64,000 bases of DNA, taken from Paraspadella gotoi (lineage: Eukaryota; Animalia; Chaetognatha). The translations under genes and the position numbers were made by a program. The first letter of the stretch is position 1. Each line of letters opens with the position of its first letter. The notes under the pieces were generated by a model. The model was not told the DNA's origin, ran no database searches, and saw only the letters and a program-made list of their open reading frames with translations. The stretch is from NCBI GenBank assembly GCA_051294375.1, contig CM119264.1, positions 31,314,135 to 31,378,134 on the forward strand, read 5' to 3'. Of this stretch, positions 48,936-62,867 are shown piece after piece.

Positions 48936-51776
48936 TTGTGTGTTTTTCCCACTCAACATTGGTACGTGACCCACACAAAGGGGGTATACCTCGAGAGGGG
49001 CGGAGGTTAAGAGGTAATTCGAAAGGCGAGGGACAGTCCTATGGATACTCGAGTGCAGTCCTCTCAGGAATGAGGCGAGTCGTGGAACATGGGATCGCGG
49101 ATCTCTACATCGATCAGTGCTCAGCGTTCTCTACATCACATCATCTCTGCATTAACGATCTCTGCTCGTCTGCTCTCTCTCTCGCGAGGTCTCCTCAGGT
49201 CAATGCTCATCTCTCTGCTCCGCCGGCCCCGCTGATAAAAAGAGAGGAGGAATAACAATGCATAAGATGATGTTTCTCCCGCTTTTCCAGATTGTCTGTT
49301 TTTTTCCCAACAAAGAATGTCTTTCTCATTTTTTTTGCGAGAAGAGTCGAGGGTCTCTTCATTGGCCCTTGCCTTTGCGATTCAGGAAAGAAGAAAGAGA
49401 GCCCAAGGTGAGTTCATATGGAGCGTCACTGTTTCACCCCGCCGCACAGGAAAAGGGCCATTTCGCCCAAAAGTAGTTAGAGCCACAGGCCGACACTGGC
49501 GAAGCACCTCCGAAATGATGGTCAAGAGCCCCCCGGCGCGTTTCTACGAGACCAGTGCGGTTGATAGCATATTGTACTCGACCGAGAAGCGGTGGCAAAA
49601 ACTAGTCACAGGTCGAGCGAGAGAGCAATGGGCACGACGGGAGGCAGCAAGAGAGGCGGCAGATCACGAGGGACACGCGAGTCGGAGGGGTGCGAAGGGC
49701 GTACCGTCCTCCGGAACAAACCGCCGGAGGAACAAGTCGAACCACACCCACGTTTGTCAGCTGCGGTTCGGAAGACCGGAGGAAAGATGGGGCGTAATCT
49801 CCGACGAGCCTCCACACAGACCGCGAGATGCTATGAACACAAAGCATAGAAATATATAGAAAGGAGAGTTAGATGGGATGGAGACAGCACTGACACACGC
49901 GGCACCGAAGAGCGCCGTAGGCCAAACGGCAGGAGAGGAAGAGATGTAAGAGGGTGCGTAGGTGGAAGAGAGGCCTCCAGAACGCGAAAACTGGGAGAGG
50001 GAGAGAAGGAAAAAGAAGAGAAAAAGTTAGGAAGATTGTTTTCGACGTTATGGTTTAACTTTGAAAAAAGAATGAGTTTGCGCGAAGAGCGTCCAAATGC
50101 ACGCACCTAGCCTCAGAGCGTATGTTTTGTATTTACAGAGAATTTTTAGTCGAAGGCATCTATTTGTACTCGGGCAAAAAAACCTTGCAGTTTGCGAAGA
50201 TCATAAAGCACAATGAGGTCTCTTAGAGTATTTTTTTTTCTGCTTGGGCGCAGGAGCGAGCTTCTTTAATTAGACGACTCATTGCGTTTTAACGAAATAG
50301 CTACCATTCTTATGCCCAAAAATCAAAAATATTTTGATGTAAATAATGGTAAAAGCACAACAAACACAATAAATTACAACATTAAATTTTACATGCACGC
50401 GCACATAACCTCTTTCAGTCAGTTCAAAAGCATGCTTCGAGCTGGAAGGAAAAAGGGCAATAAAAGGCAGCTTATGTCCAAGTCGGAATGAACGTTGAAG
50501 CGGCAATATTGCAAAAGAAGTTGGATGATATCGTTATAAACGAAATGATTTAAAGTTGAGGCCAGAGGTAGGACTTTTAAGTAGCGCAAGCTGAACTATA
50601 TACAGGAGTCTTTGAGAAATTGTTGGATTCTTAAACAAAGTTGGAAGAACGATGAAAAGTGATCTTGCAAGCTTATGATGTACAAAGTATGTGTGTAATT
50701 CAAGAAAAGAGTGAGGAGAATTAAGACACAATGGCCACTTGTACAAAGAGTTTTGTGTTAAAATTATGAATGACGAAAGGGAGGATAAGGATGATCAACC
50801 GGAACTCTGCTTTTCGAACTGCTTCACAGTTGGAGCCGCGTTGCTGAAAGGGTTGGAGGATGTCTGGGGACACATTTTCTGGGGAAAAAGAAAAAAGTTA
50901 ATGTATCTCTATTAATTAGGGTACTGTAATAAGTATGGCAACACACAGTGATACAAACCGTTTATTTGTAGGATTGGACCAAAAAGATATGAAAAAAAAA
51001 GAAATTATTTTGTTGAGCGAGATGACGAGAACTAGTCAAGCGGATTTATTATTATTTAATTGACGGTTTTATAACGACAGCTCTTATACTCAAGGAGATT
51101 CGGTTTGTGTTAACGGAGGAAATTTTAGATTGTGTGACTTCAGATCTTCTCTTTCTCTTGTAGTCGAGATCGCGAGGGTTAGAAGATTTCAAAAATAAAG
51201 ACATACTTTCTGGTATTCATGGAATTAGCAGAAGTCTAGAGAGAAGTAATGATGACAAATGGTGAGAGATGTAGAAGTAGAGTAGAAAAAGTGAATGAAG
51301 CAATTTGAAAAGTGAGTGGAATGAGAGTAGAAGAGACCTCCTCAAAGATGATGAATCGGTTAATCATGCATGCTTGGGTCTTCGGCATTGACGCTGAGCG
51401 TTGAATGAACCTTCGACTAGCAGCGAAGAAGGGGCTTCGAGATAGATGTTGATGCGCCCGGGTAATTCGGAACTCAGTATGCTGGAATGACAGTGTGAAT
51501 ATAAGAGCGGTGAAAACAGTGCTTCCGAGGCTGGAGCGGGGTGGGCGCTGCGATTTGGTCGCAGGACGGGTGAAATTTGTGAGTGCGGAAATGGTGAGCG
51601 AGTCTAGTGCACAGAAAAATAGTGCTCTCTGGAAGAGGGAGATAGCAGAGAGGTGACGTGAAGAGTCATTACGTGATTTGAAAAGAAACTAAGGCGGATG
51701 GAGAGAGAGAGTAATCTGTACGATTTCGGGTATCACGTGTAGAGCCTCTTTNNNNNNNNNNNNNNNNNNNNNNNNN

Positions 51777-52959
51777 ATTATTTTTGAGAGATCAAAAAGA
51801 TAGGTTAAAAAGTTAGAGGGATAGGTTTAGGGATTAGTGTTAAGAATTAGTAGGATTAGGTTAAGGATAGGTTAAGATTTGGTAAGGATTAGGTAAGGAT
51901 TAGGTAAGGATAGGTAAGATTTAGTGTTAGCTAGCATTAGGGTTAAGGATTAGGTTAAGGATAGGTTAAGGATTGATTGTTAATGTATCTCATTCCACCG
52001 AGTAGTTTGATAAAGAAAAACATCGATTTGGGAAAAACAGTGCTTAATTTTATTAGACATGCATTCAACCATTTAGCTGCGTTCATTATTCAAGGCCAGG
52101 CTTTGTGAATAATGAAACCAGCTAAATTGTTTGAATGCATGGTGTCTAAATAAAATTAGGCACTGTCCCAAATCGATGTTTTTTCTTTAGGTTAAGGTTA
52201 AGTGTTAGCAATAGGTTAAAATAGCGTTAGGATTAGAGTTAAGGTGAAGTGATAACCGATTACAGTTTAGTTTTTAGTATTAAAGATTAGATTAATGTAG
52301 ATTAATAAGGCTTAAGCGATAGAATTAAGAATTAAGTCTAAGGTTTAATAACAAATTAAATTTGAATATTAGCATAAAATTAAAGTTCACGAATTAAAAA
52401 ACAGGAAATTGGGCGCGCAATTGAAAAAAAAAGCTCTGCTCTTTTGCTTTTTAATTGTTTTATACTTTTCTCTATCATTTCTTTTTCTCTCTCCTTCACT
52501 CATTATCTCACTTCTCTCACTTAACTTGCTCATTCCCTGTATTCATTTCTTCTTCACCCCCCTCTGCCACTTACCATCATAACTTATTTTCGCTTCTCTT
52601 CTTGGGTCCGCCCCCAATCTAACGAGGGAAGGAGAGGGAGAGGAGATACGAGCAGATCAGGAGAGGGGGAGAGAGAGAGGAGAGGAAAGAGAGAAGAGAG
52701 GATGAGATGAAGAGAGAGAGAGAGGAGGGGGAGAGATAGAGAGGATAGAGAGAGAGGAGCAGAGAGCAGAGAGAGATGAGAGAAGCGGACGAGGAGAGAG
52801 AGAAGAAATAAATCCGCCCCACTCATCGCGGGATCTCCATTCAAAGATTACTCAAGGCAAAAAACATGGTAAAAGGAATAAGTTGGAAAAGAAATGAAGA
52901 GAGAGAGAGACAGAGGAGGGAATAGAGACCAGAGAATAGAGCAGAGAGAGAGAGAAAGA

Positions 52960-53004
<45 letters not shown>

Positions 53005-54599
53005 CATGCACCTTTATATTATGTTTTAAAGTATTTTGATAACGAAACAACAAAAAGAAACCAAAACATATAATATAATATAATATAATATAATATAAAT
53101 AATTAAATCATACCAATTTGAACATCAAAACGAAAAGAAATGCCAACGTTGATAGACTAAAAGTTTCAGACGATGAAAAGAATAAAAAAAGGGGTAAAAG
53201 ACCAAAGAAGTACAGATGGGAGAAGAGAATGGAAGAAACAGATGGATAACAGATGACGAGAACAGATGTGAAAAACAGATGGGATGTTCAAATTGGGAGT
53301 ACAGATTGAGGAACAGATGGGAGAACAGATGAGAGTACAGGTGGAGAAACAGAAATGGAGAACGTGGTTTTTAGGAACATAGGAAAAAGAAACAATTGCG
53401 AAGAACAGATTGGAGACCAGCTGGGAAACACAGGAAAAACAGAGGAAAAAACAGATATGTGAGAACACATGGAAGCAATAGCATGTGGACCAGATGGGCA
53501 AGAAATAGATGGGAGAACAGATGGGAAACAGTATGGCGCTAGACGGCGTAGTTAAAATTCCTAAGTTTAACTTTATATAAAATTCTAAAATGGAGAACGA
53601 ACAACATTATACTTATGAACATTATGTAATTAAAAAAAACATTTCTTAATAAATTTTACAAATTTTACCACCTCGCAGTAGGACCATTACATGTGTATAC
53701 TCTGCTACAAACCAAAAAATTGTTTAAAATTCAAAAACAGTTTTGTTCTTATAGATTTTTTTTGCAGATTATGGATTTCCGTCCATTAAAAAGCTATGAT
53801 AAAAAGAAAGATATAACTCTTTTACGTAAAAATTTCCTTCATATAAGTGCAGCAAAAAATTAGATAAAAAGCTACTATTTTAAGCTGAAAAATTAACTTT
53901 ATATATTAAAATGATATAGTTTTTAATTTTTTAAACCCACTTAATGAAATAATTTTTAAAAAAATTGAATTATATTTTCTTTATCCAAACTTTTGGAACG
54001 AGGAATTCAAATCTGCAAATCAAAAATAAGAAAAGCCTATTTTGAAATTTTCGATTTATAAAGGATAGTACTATATATAAATATAGCCTACTGCGAAAAT
54101 TAAAAAACCAATAACAAATTTAATTGCTTTTTTGTTACAAATTAATTCACTGATGGTATTTTGTTCATAATTGACTTTTAGAATTTCGTATCTGCTAACT
54201 TTCACTACGCCTTAATGCGGGTAGCAGATTGAGGAATAGATAGTGAGCGATATCGTGTTTTAAATTGAAAGATATTTGCATGAAGCGAAATTATGCGGTT
54301 GAAACGATGGGTGAGAGATAACTCATTAAGGGAACAGATGGACCGGGACACAGCAGATGATTGATTAAGGAAAAGAAGAGGAGGGAATTAATTAGAAGGA
54401 GGAGAACGGCAAGGAGTAGTGATGAGAGGAGGAGACGAAAGGCAGGATGAGATAAAAGATTACAAACATTTATATGCATAAATGATTTTGTTGCAGATGG
54501 TCCTAGTCGTCGTGCGTCGTGTCGTCGTCGCGTCGTTTGGAATCGATGAAAAAAAATCATCCAGACCGAAAAAGAGTAGACGAGTCGCGAATTTTGAGA

Positions 54600-54680
<81 letters not shown>

Positions 54681-56426
54681 GAGAAGAGAGAGAGAACAAG
54701 AGAAGAGAGAGAGTAGAGAGAGAGAGAAAGACTGAGAGAGGAGAGAGAGAGAGAAGACGGAGAGAGACGAAGAGAGAGAGAGAGAGAGATATGGAGACTA
54801 GAGAAGGTAGTAGAGAGAGTGAGAAAGACAGAGAGAGAGACGAGAAGAGGAGAGAGAGATAGAGAAGAGAGAGAAGAGAGTCGAGAGAGAAGAAAGACTG
54901 AGGAGAGAGTAGAGAGAGAGAGAGAAGAGAGAAAAAAGAGAAAGACTGAGAAAGGAGAGAGAGTTGAGAGAGAGAGAAGAGAGAGAGGAGAGAGAGAGAG
55001 AGAGAAGAGAGAGAAAGAATGGGAGAGAAGAGAGAGAGTAGAGGTAAGAAAAGAGAAAGGCTGAGAGAGAAGAGAGAAGAGAGAGCGGGCGAAAGAGAGA
55101 GAGAGATAGGAAGAGGAGAGTGAGCGGTAAACGTTTCATTTTTCGCTCTTATTACTTTTGCCCGAATTTCGATTTTCTTTTTTAGTCCGACAGACAGACA
55201 GAAAGACAGACAGAAAAGCAAAACGGGAATAGACAGGCTGATTTTCTGAAAAAAACGTTTAAAAGGAGAAAGAGAGAAAAGATCTTGAAAGAACGAGACA
55301 CGGCGTTTAAGTGACCACGGCGCCGTGGCCAATGACAAGCCGTGGCAATGACACGTTGAGGCATCCCGCAATGGACTTCCATGGCGCCGTTGCAATAAGA
55401 CCGGGTTGGCAACGTTGCAACCAATTCAGATATCAAAGGCCAAAAAGCGAAGGCGAGAAATCTCTCTCACTTTCCCTGATTTTTTTTGATAATTGGACGA
55501 AAGAGGAGGGGGAGAGAGGGAAGAAGAAGGGAGGAAAGAAAGGGCAGGAAGAAATGAAGAGGAGAAGGAAAGAAAAGAGGAGGAAAGGGAGGAAAGAAAG
55601 AGGAAGAGGAGAGAAAGAAAGAGAGGAGAGAAAGGAAAAGAGAGGAGAGAGGGAGAGAAAGAGGAGAAGAAGAAAGAAGAGCGAGGAAGAGAAGCGAGAG
55701 AAGAGGAGGAAAAGTTGTAGGAAGAAGAAGAGAGGGAGAAAGGAGAAGAAGAGGAGGAGGAAAGAGCAGGGATAGAGGGGGAAGGGAGGAGGAAGAAGAG
55801 ATGAGAGAGGAGGAAGGAGGAGAGGAAGAGAAAAAAAAGAGGAAGAAGAAAAGGAGGAGGAAGAGGAGGAAGAAGAAGAGGAGGAGGAAAGAGGGAGGAA
55901 GGGTAGGAAGATGAAGAGGAGGAGAAAGAAGAGGAGGAAGAAGAGGCGGAAAGAGGCAGGAAGAGGGGGAAAGGGAGGAAGGGAGGAAGAAGATGAGAAT
56001 GAGGAAAGTGGGAGGCAGAGGAGAAAAGGGAGGAAGAAGAAGAAGAGGAAGAGGAAGAAGAGGAAGAAAGGGAGGAAGAATACGAGGAGGAAAGGAGGGG
56101 TGACAGAGAAAAATTAACTTAAAAAATGATAAAGATAATTAATTAAAATTATTTTTAATAAATATCAATTATTTTTATTGATTTAATTTATCTCAAGGGG
56201 TTTTAAGTGTGACTCAGTCTTTCTTTGAGTTAAATCAAAATATTTCGATATGATAATTAATATAATGTAAGAGGTGATTGAAAGTGATGAAGCAATTTAA
56301 TGTGATGTAGTCATGAATGACTTGATGCGGTGATTTGGTTTTTGCATGTGATGTAGTGATTGAACGGTGGCCTTCGATGAGGACGGTGAAATTGTGAGGA
56401 AATGGATTGGAAAGAAATCCCGGGAA

Positions 56427-56457
<31 letters not shown>

Positions 56458-56597
56458 NNNNNNNNNNNNNNNNNNNNNNNNNNNNNNNNNNNNNNNNNNN
56501 NNNNNNNNNNNNNNNNNNNNNNNNNNNNNNNNNNNNNNNNNNNNNNNNNNNNNNNNNNNNNNNNNNNNNNNNNNNNCCCCAATTCTCTCTCTATGAT

Positions 56598-56631
<34 letters not shown>

Positions 56632-58087
56632 CGCTCCTCATCTCTCCTTCTGTCTCTCCCTCTTTTCTCCTCTTCTCTCTGCGAGGAGGGGTAAGCGAAG
56701 GTAAGGTAGTTATGGAAAGGAGGAAAGGAAAGGAGGCAGTTATGGAAAGGGAGGAGGGGTAAGCGAAGGTAAGGTAGTTATGGAAAGGAGTCGACGCCAA
56801 GAAAGGTCATCCAAGCGAGAGGGAAAGGTCGGCTCGAGGTAAGTCGAGTTAAAGGTCATATATACGAAAAAACGGGAAAGCGGAGACTTACTCGAAAATC
56901 TTTTGACTTTTCCTTGATTTTTTTTATCCATGTCTTTTTTTTTGGCGGGAAAAAGAGAATTCATATTTTGGAGAGAGATATACTGTTAGTGAACGAATTT
57001 TGTGTATGTATATACAATACATTTGTATACATATCAGTATACAAGGTGATAGACAGACGCGGGTCTATTACCCCCTCCTTCTCATTCACCTCCTCTTCAT
57101 CCTGCTCCCAGGGATTCGGGGCCGCGTTCACGAGATTCAGTTCACCTTTCTCTCTCTTCTCCTACTAGTTTCTCTCCCTTTTTTTACCCTCATGATTGTC
57201 GCCGTATAGATTTTCCTGCCGTCAATATATATTTTCCCGCATTCTCGTGACTTTACTTTCGGTTAGGATACCTTTTCAGAGCATATATATAAAATACATT
57301 TGTAGCTGAGTAATCTTTGGTTAATTTCGACTTGGTTTTTTAAAATCATTTGCATATTGTAGCAGTCTAGATTATTTTTTATGACTATCGATTCTTCCTT
57401 CTTAGAAGTGAAAGATTATTATTTTAACATAATACACATTTTCTTACGGTGACGGAATAGATAGATAGTTGCTCGACTAATATGATAACTGTCCTACGTC
57501 AAGTTCAAGTTTCTCCTGAATTTCACATTTCGTCATTGTCATTTTCCCTGGTTCGATTTAGCCGTAAAGGAAAGAGGGAAAACGGGAGAAAATTAGTATC
57601 TGAGTTATTTTTATTTTTATCTTTCGAACGTCGTGGGAGCCCAAGTTGAGTTGCTTCGCGAGCAGCGGACCAAAACGTCTTTAGCAAGTTGGAAGTTTAT
57701 ATTTTAAGCTCATTTTAATGTCACCTTTTATATTTTTAAATTCGAAATTAAATTCATAATTTGTAGCCTCGATTTCATGTGAAGAAAACATTGAAAATCC
57801 GATCCTCGTCATATTGAATTGTTGATGATTGATGAATGAATTTACAAAATCCTTCCTAATTCTGAACCGTCCTTTCTCGAAACCAAAGTCAGACAACGAT
57901 TATCAAAACAAATTGTTCGAACCACAAACTAGTTATGATATAGAAGGAAGGATAAAAATTATAAATGAAATTATATGTAAAAATTGAGCAGTAAAAACGA
58001 CAAAAAAGTTTTAGGAAAAAAAATTCATATAAAAAACGTTTTTTTCCCAGTAGACCTTAGAATGATGGTAATGCCAACCCACTTGTC

Positions 58088-58139
<52 letters not shown>

Positions 58140-58230
58140 GGACTCTCTTTCTCCTTTTTCTCTTTTCGCATTTGTTAAATGGCTAGGGCCTGACACCATA
58201 AGCAAATGACATCAAGGTAAACTCTCTCTC
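51777..58230 (+). repeat. Copy B of the ~7 kb duplicated unit
   Basis: Starts after a 25-N gap and is collinear with copy A. Confidence 0.9.
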
Positions 58231-58859
58231 TCTGTGTTTGTTTGACTGTTCGTCTGTTCGTCTCTGTGCCTCGCTTTTTCTTTTTTTCATTCAACTGATG
58301 GATAACCCTTAAAGACATCATGATCACTTAAAGTTCTCTCTCTCTCTTTCTTTCTCTCTCCCTCTCCCACATTCGACTCAGACACTTAGTTTGATGACTC
58401 GGTGTTGATCTTCTGAGAATTGCGCGGTTCTTTTTAAAAGTTCCCAAACTCAATTTAGTGATCAGAAAATTAGGAGCTTTTTCAAAGACCCTTTTTCTCT
58501 GAGCAAACAACTTTTTAACTTTCGAAACAACTTAAATGTCATTACATCCTTAGATGTCATTAGATCTCATTAGATGTCATTACTTCCCAAGTTTTATCTT
58601 CGATTTTAGTCCTCATTGTTTAACAGTACAGATATGGTCAAAAAACGTTTAATAGTTTTATTTTGTTATTTGAAGGAAAACAATATTTTTTAGGACAACC
58701 ATTTTTTTCCAGCACTACTTCTATGTGACAAGGAAGAAAGTCATAGAGGCTGCACAAATATGAAGGGATCAGCTCCCGCCAAATGCATTTTATAATTTTT
58801 TTGATTTTGCCAACTGTCAGAGTATTGAACTATAAATTTTTTTTATTTTTGACTAAACA

Positions 58860-59307
58860 TTTTTGATAATGTTGCTATCAGGCAAGTTTCCGGGCCAACC
58901 TTCAAGCTCCTTAATCCTGTTTTCATCATAAAATTTTTGGGTAGCTTTGGTTTTGTATCCAAAAGCTCCATCCTCCATAAAAAGATACCAATTTACTGTT
59001 AAACGACTGGTGACGATTCCTTTTTCTTCTCTCTACTTTTTTTAAACTGGTTTTCAGAAGCCATACAGTGTTAAATTGCGAGACTTTTTAGGTCATCGTC
59101 CTTGCTGTTTGTGGACATGCAAGGCCTCCTCCTTCCAACTGCTCGTCCAAGGTCTCCAGTTGCTTCAAATTTGTTGATAACTCTGCAGACGGCTGTGAGA
59201 AAAAAATACAACTGTTTCGCGATCCTATATTTTAACAAACCCGCCTCCCAAAGATCAACAATTGCAGCTTTTTTGGGGGGTTTAGCTGTTTTAAAGTTTT
59301 TATACAT
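58860..59307 (-). pseudogene. Tc1-type transposase remnant
   Basis: Paired-like HTH segment AIVDLWEAG...IAKQL...TAVCRVINKFEATGDL...RRP (59071-59307). Decayed DD34E C-terminal motifs FMEDGA... and WPGNLPDSNIIKN (cf. WPxxSPDLNPIEN) lie at ~58860-58985, with stops/frameshifts. Confidence 0.8.
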
Positions 59308-59386
59308 TGTATTCTCTCTCTTTCTCTCTCTTTCTCTCCCTCAAAAAACTGATGTTTGAGATATGTGACTTTGATATTTTCTCTTG

Positions 59387-59420
59387 CTGATGAAGATTCG
59401 AAACAAAGTCGAAACATGTC
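59387..59420 (+). ncRNA. Hammerhead ribozyme-like catalytic core (minimal type I-like, helix I apparently broken)
   Basis: CTGATGA-A-GATT-cgaaacaa-AGTC-GAAA-CATG-TC: conserved core boxes, a 4-bp helix II, a palindromic helix III loop and a GUC triplet. Only 1 bp of helix I is visible. Confidence 0.35.
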
Positions 59421-60155
59421 CTTATAAACTTATTAAATTGTTGTTCAAAAACAAATTTTCGTTACACTCCTTAAAGTTTTTATAATAAAAAAAATAAATA
59501 AAAAATAATTTTTATGCAATAAAAAAAATTAGATCCTTTTTTTATTTTAGCACATCTTTTAGAATATTTAGCCTAAAAACCTTATTATAAGCTCAAATAA
59601 AAGATCTTTATCTTGGCTTCCAAATGAACCCAAGTTTCAATTAATAGGACAACAGACAAGCGAGATAGTACGGGGTTCAAAGTTTAAACTTTTTTTTTAC
59701 CATATCTGTACTTTTCCATTTCATTGTGTTTTTCGTTCTGGTTCCTTCTCTCTACTTCCTCCTTTTATTTCTTAAACTTATAATCCAATCACCAACCATA
59801 ATCTCTCACCATAACCTAATCCTAAACCCAAACCCTAAACGCTACTCTCTAACCCAAATCACTAACCTTATTCACAAATCAAGTCCATAACCTTAAATCA
59901 AACTAATCCCTAACTTAATACCTAACTTTAACCTCTAACCTAATCTAATCTAAATTAATCTAATCTAAATTAATCTAATCTGAATTAATCTAATTCCAAA
60001 TTAGTAATAAAATTCCACAATTTCATTCCTTTGTTTTTTTTTGTGCTGAACTTCTCCCTCTTTGTCTTCTTGCTACTCCTTCTCTTCCTCCTCCTCGCTC
60101 TCCTCCTTCTTTTCTTCCTCTTCTTCCTCCTCCTCATCCTCCTCCTCCCTCCCCC

Positions 60156-60169
60156 GTCGCCATGGCAAC
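60156..60169. promoter_or_regulatory. RFX X-box motif (GTCGCCATGGCAAC) with a nearby ETS-like CCGGAAGT (60194-60201)
   Basis: Near-perfect match to the palindromic X-box consensus GTTGCCATGGCAAC. Confidence 0.4.
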
Positions 60170-60249
60170 GAGCGATGAGGAAATGGACCGAAACCGGAAG
60201 TCGAACGGGAATCGAAGGCAAAGAAATGACGAGGAAATTCTGGAGGTCA

Positions 60250-60555
60250 AGCACGTGGTTGGATCGATGGGTCAGTCACGTTGTTAGATAGTTCAGTCAC
60301 GTGATTGGATCGATGGGTCACGTGGTTGGATCAATGAGTCAGTCACTTTGTTAGATAGTTCAGTAGTTATGGGTTGCATGGTTGGATCAATGGGTCAGTC
60401 ACGTGGTTGGATTGATGGGTCACATGGTTTGAGTTCGAGGTCACATGGTTTGATCAATAGGTCAGTCACGTTATTACATAGGTCAGTCACGTGGTTGAAT
60501 CAATGCGTCAGTTAAGTGGTCAGATTGGTCAGTCTCGTTATTGGATCACATTGGG
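60250..60555 (+). repeat. ~21-25-bp minisatellite (GTCAGTCACGTGGTTGGATCAATGG)
   Basis: Direct reading; several CACGTG cores. Confidence 0.8.
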
Positions 60556-61092
60556 TCATTCTCCCCAAATTCGACCCACGATTCCTTCGCTCGTTTCCAT
60601 TTTTTCCGTCACATCGACGAAGAGATTGAGAATCGAGATTTGCCGCAAAAAGGATTTTGCTTCAAACATTAATGTTGCTGCAAACGTTAATGTTGCTGTA
60701 ATCATTAATGTTGCTGCAAACGTTAATGTTGCTGCAAACGGCGATTGAGGGGAAAACGAATAACCGTAAATACGTATTTTCTCTCTCTCTCTCTCTCTCT
60801 CTCTCCACCTTTTATTTTTGAATTTATATGAAGGTAATAATTCGCTTCATGTTATTTTTAAAAGAAAGATGAAAATTTGTTTACATTTTTTAATATTAAA
60901 TGATAATAATAAAAGTCGCTTTTATATTTATCAAAGTTTCACGTTTAAAGAGAAATAAATCCTCTTAGACTTAGCAATCTTTTTGTGTCAAAGTTTAGTT
61001 TGGGAGATTTATTTACTAAATGACTTGGTTAATTATTTGATATTATTTGATCTGATAAAGGGAGAGAAAGAGAGAGAGAAAAAAAAAATAGT

Positions 61093-61127
<35 letters not shown>

Positions 61128-61902
61128 GAAAGGTTAATCTCCGGCAAATCTGTCGTTGATGACGAAAGATCCGAAGTTTCTTTTCCTCTGGATTCAGAGA
61201 AGCGAAGGTCGAGATTGAAGCGAGGTCGAATGGTGAGATAGAGACAGAGACGATGACATCAACAAGAGAAACAGACGTTGAAAGGTGAGATGGAGACAGA
61301 GAGAATGACATCAACATTAAAACGAAGACTTTTGACAATAAAAATCATTCATCAAACACGAAACAGATTCTCAAAAAACAAAAATATTTACATTTGTAAA
61401 GCAACAAACCTAGAATAAAATATTTGAATGTTAATTAGAAAACTAAATTATAAACACCATTAAAATTATTGGCACAATAGTAAAATATTATTTTATGAAA
61501 ATTGTATCAAAAAATATTAAAAATGATCTAAAATGCTACAATATGTAAATTAGATAAAATCAACGATTAAGATATATAAAACATGAACATAAAAAACAAA
61601 AAAACGAAACAAAAAGAAATAAAGAAAACAAATCCGAAACAAAATAATGATGAAAATTAAATCTTTGTTTTTTCTTTTTTTTTATTTTTTTCTTCTTTTC
61701 TTCTTTTTTTCTTTTTTTTTCTTAGTCGCATCTAACAACAAATTTATTCATCCTTTTTTACGAGAATCATAATCGTTATTGAGAGAGAAAGATTACAGAT
61801 GCAGACGACAGATGCAAAATGAGTGGAAGACGACAAGTGACAGATGCAACGACAAACAAGAGGGAAAAATATGTCTCGACAAATACTATAAAATCTCTCT
61901 CG

Positions 61903-61933
<31 letters not shown>

Positions 61934-62867
61934 NNNNNNNNNNNNNNNNNNNNNNNNNNNNNNNNNNNNNNNNNNNNNNNNNNNNNNNNNNNNNNNNNNN
62001 NNNNNNNNNNNNNNNNNNNNNNNNNNNNNNNNNNNNNNNNNNNNNNNNNNNNNNNNNNNNNNNNNNNNNNNNNNNNNNNNNNNNNNNNNNNNNNNNNNNN
62101 NNNNNNNNNNNNNNNNNNNNNNNNNNNNNNNNNNNNNNNNNNNNNNNNNNNNNNNNNNNNNNNNNNNNNNNNNNNNNNNNNNNNNNNNNNNNNNNNNNNN
62201 NNNNNNNNNNNNNNNNNNNNNNNNNNNNNNNNNNNNNNNNNNNNNNNNNNNNNNNNNNNNNNNNNNNNNNNNNNNNNNNNNNNNNNNNNNNNNNNNNNNN
62301 NNNNNNNNNNNNNNNNNNNNNNNNNNNNNNNNNNNNNNNNNNNNNNNNNNNNNNNNNNNNNNNNNNNNNNNNNNNNNNNNNNNNNNNNNNNNNNNNNNNN
62401 NNNNNNNNNNNNNNNNNNNNNNNNNNNNNNNNNNNNNNNNNNNNNNNNNNNNNNNNNNNNNNNNNNNNNNNNNNNNNNNNNNNNNNNNNNNNNNNNNNNN
62501 NNNNNNNNNNNNNNNNNNNNNNNNNNNNNNNNNNNNNNNNNNNNNNNNNNNNNNNNNNNNNNNNNNNNNNNNNNNNNNNNNNNNNNNNNNNNNNNNNNNN
62601 NNNNNNNNNNNNNNNNNNNNNNNNNNNNNNNNNNNNNNNNNNNNNNNNNNNNNNNNNNNNNNNNNNNNNNNNNNNNNNNNNNNNNNNNNNNNNNNNNNNN
62701 NNNNNNNNNNNNNNNNNNNNNNNNNNNNNNNNNNCCTCCCTCTCTCTCTCTCTCTCCGCGCAAAAGGTCGATTCCATTATTGCACCAATATTTCCGGTTT
62801 CGCGCGGAATTTTTCCTCCGCGTTTCGAATCCTGACTCTGGCATTTAGCGACTTTGCCCCAGGGTCG

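Larger units (their letters stand above)
58629..59708 (-). mobile_element. Degenerate, internally deleted Tc1/mariner element
   Basis: TIRs CAGATATGGT(C/A)AAAAAA...GTTTAA at both ends, flanked by TA dinucleotides (58627-58628, 59709-59710). Internal transposase remnants are present. Confidence 0.85.
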
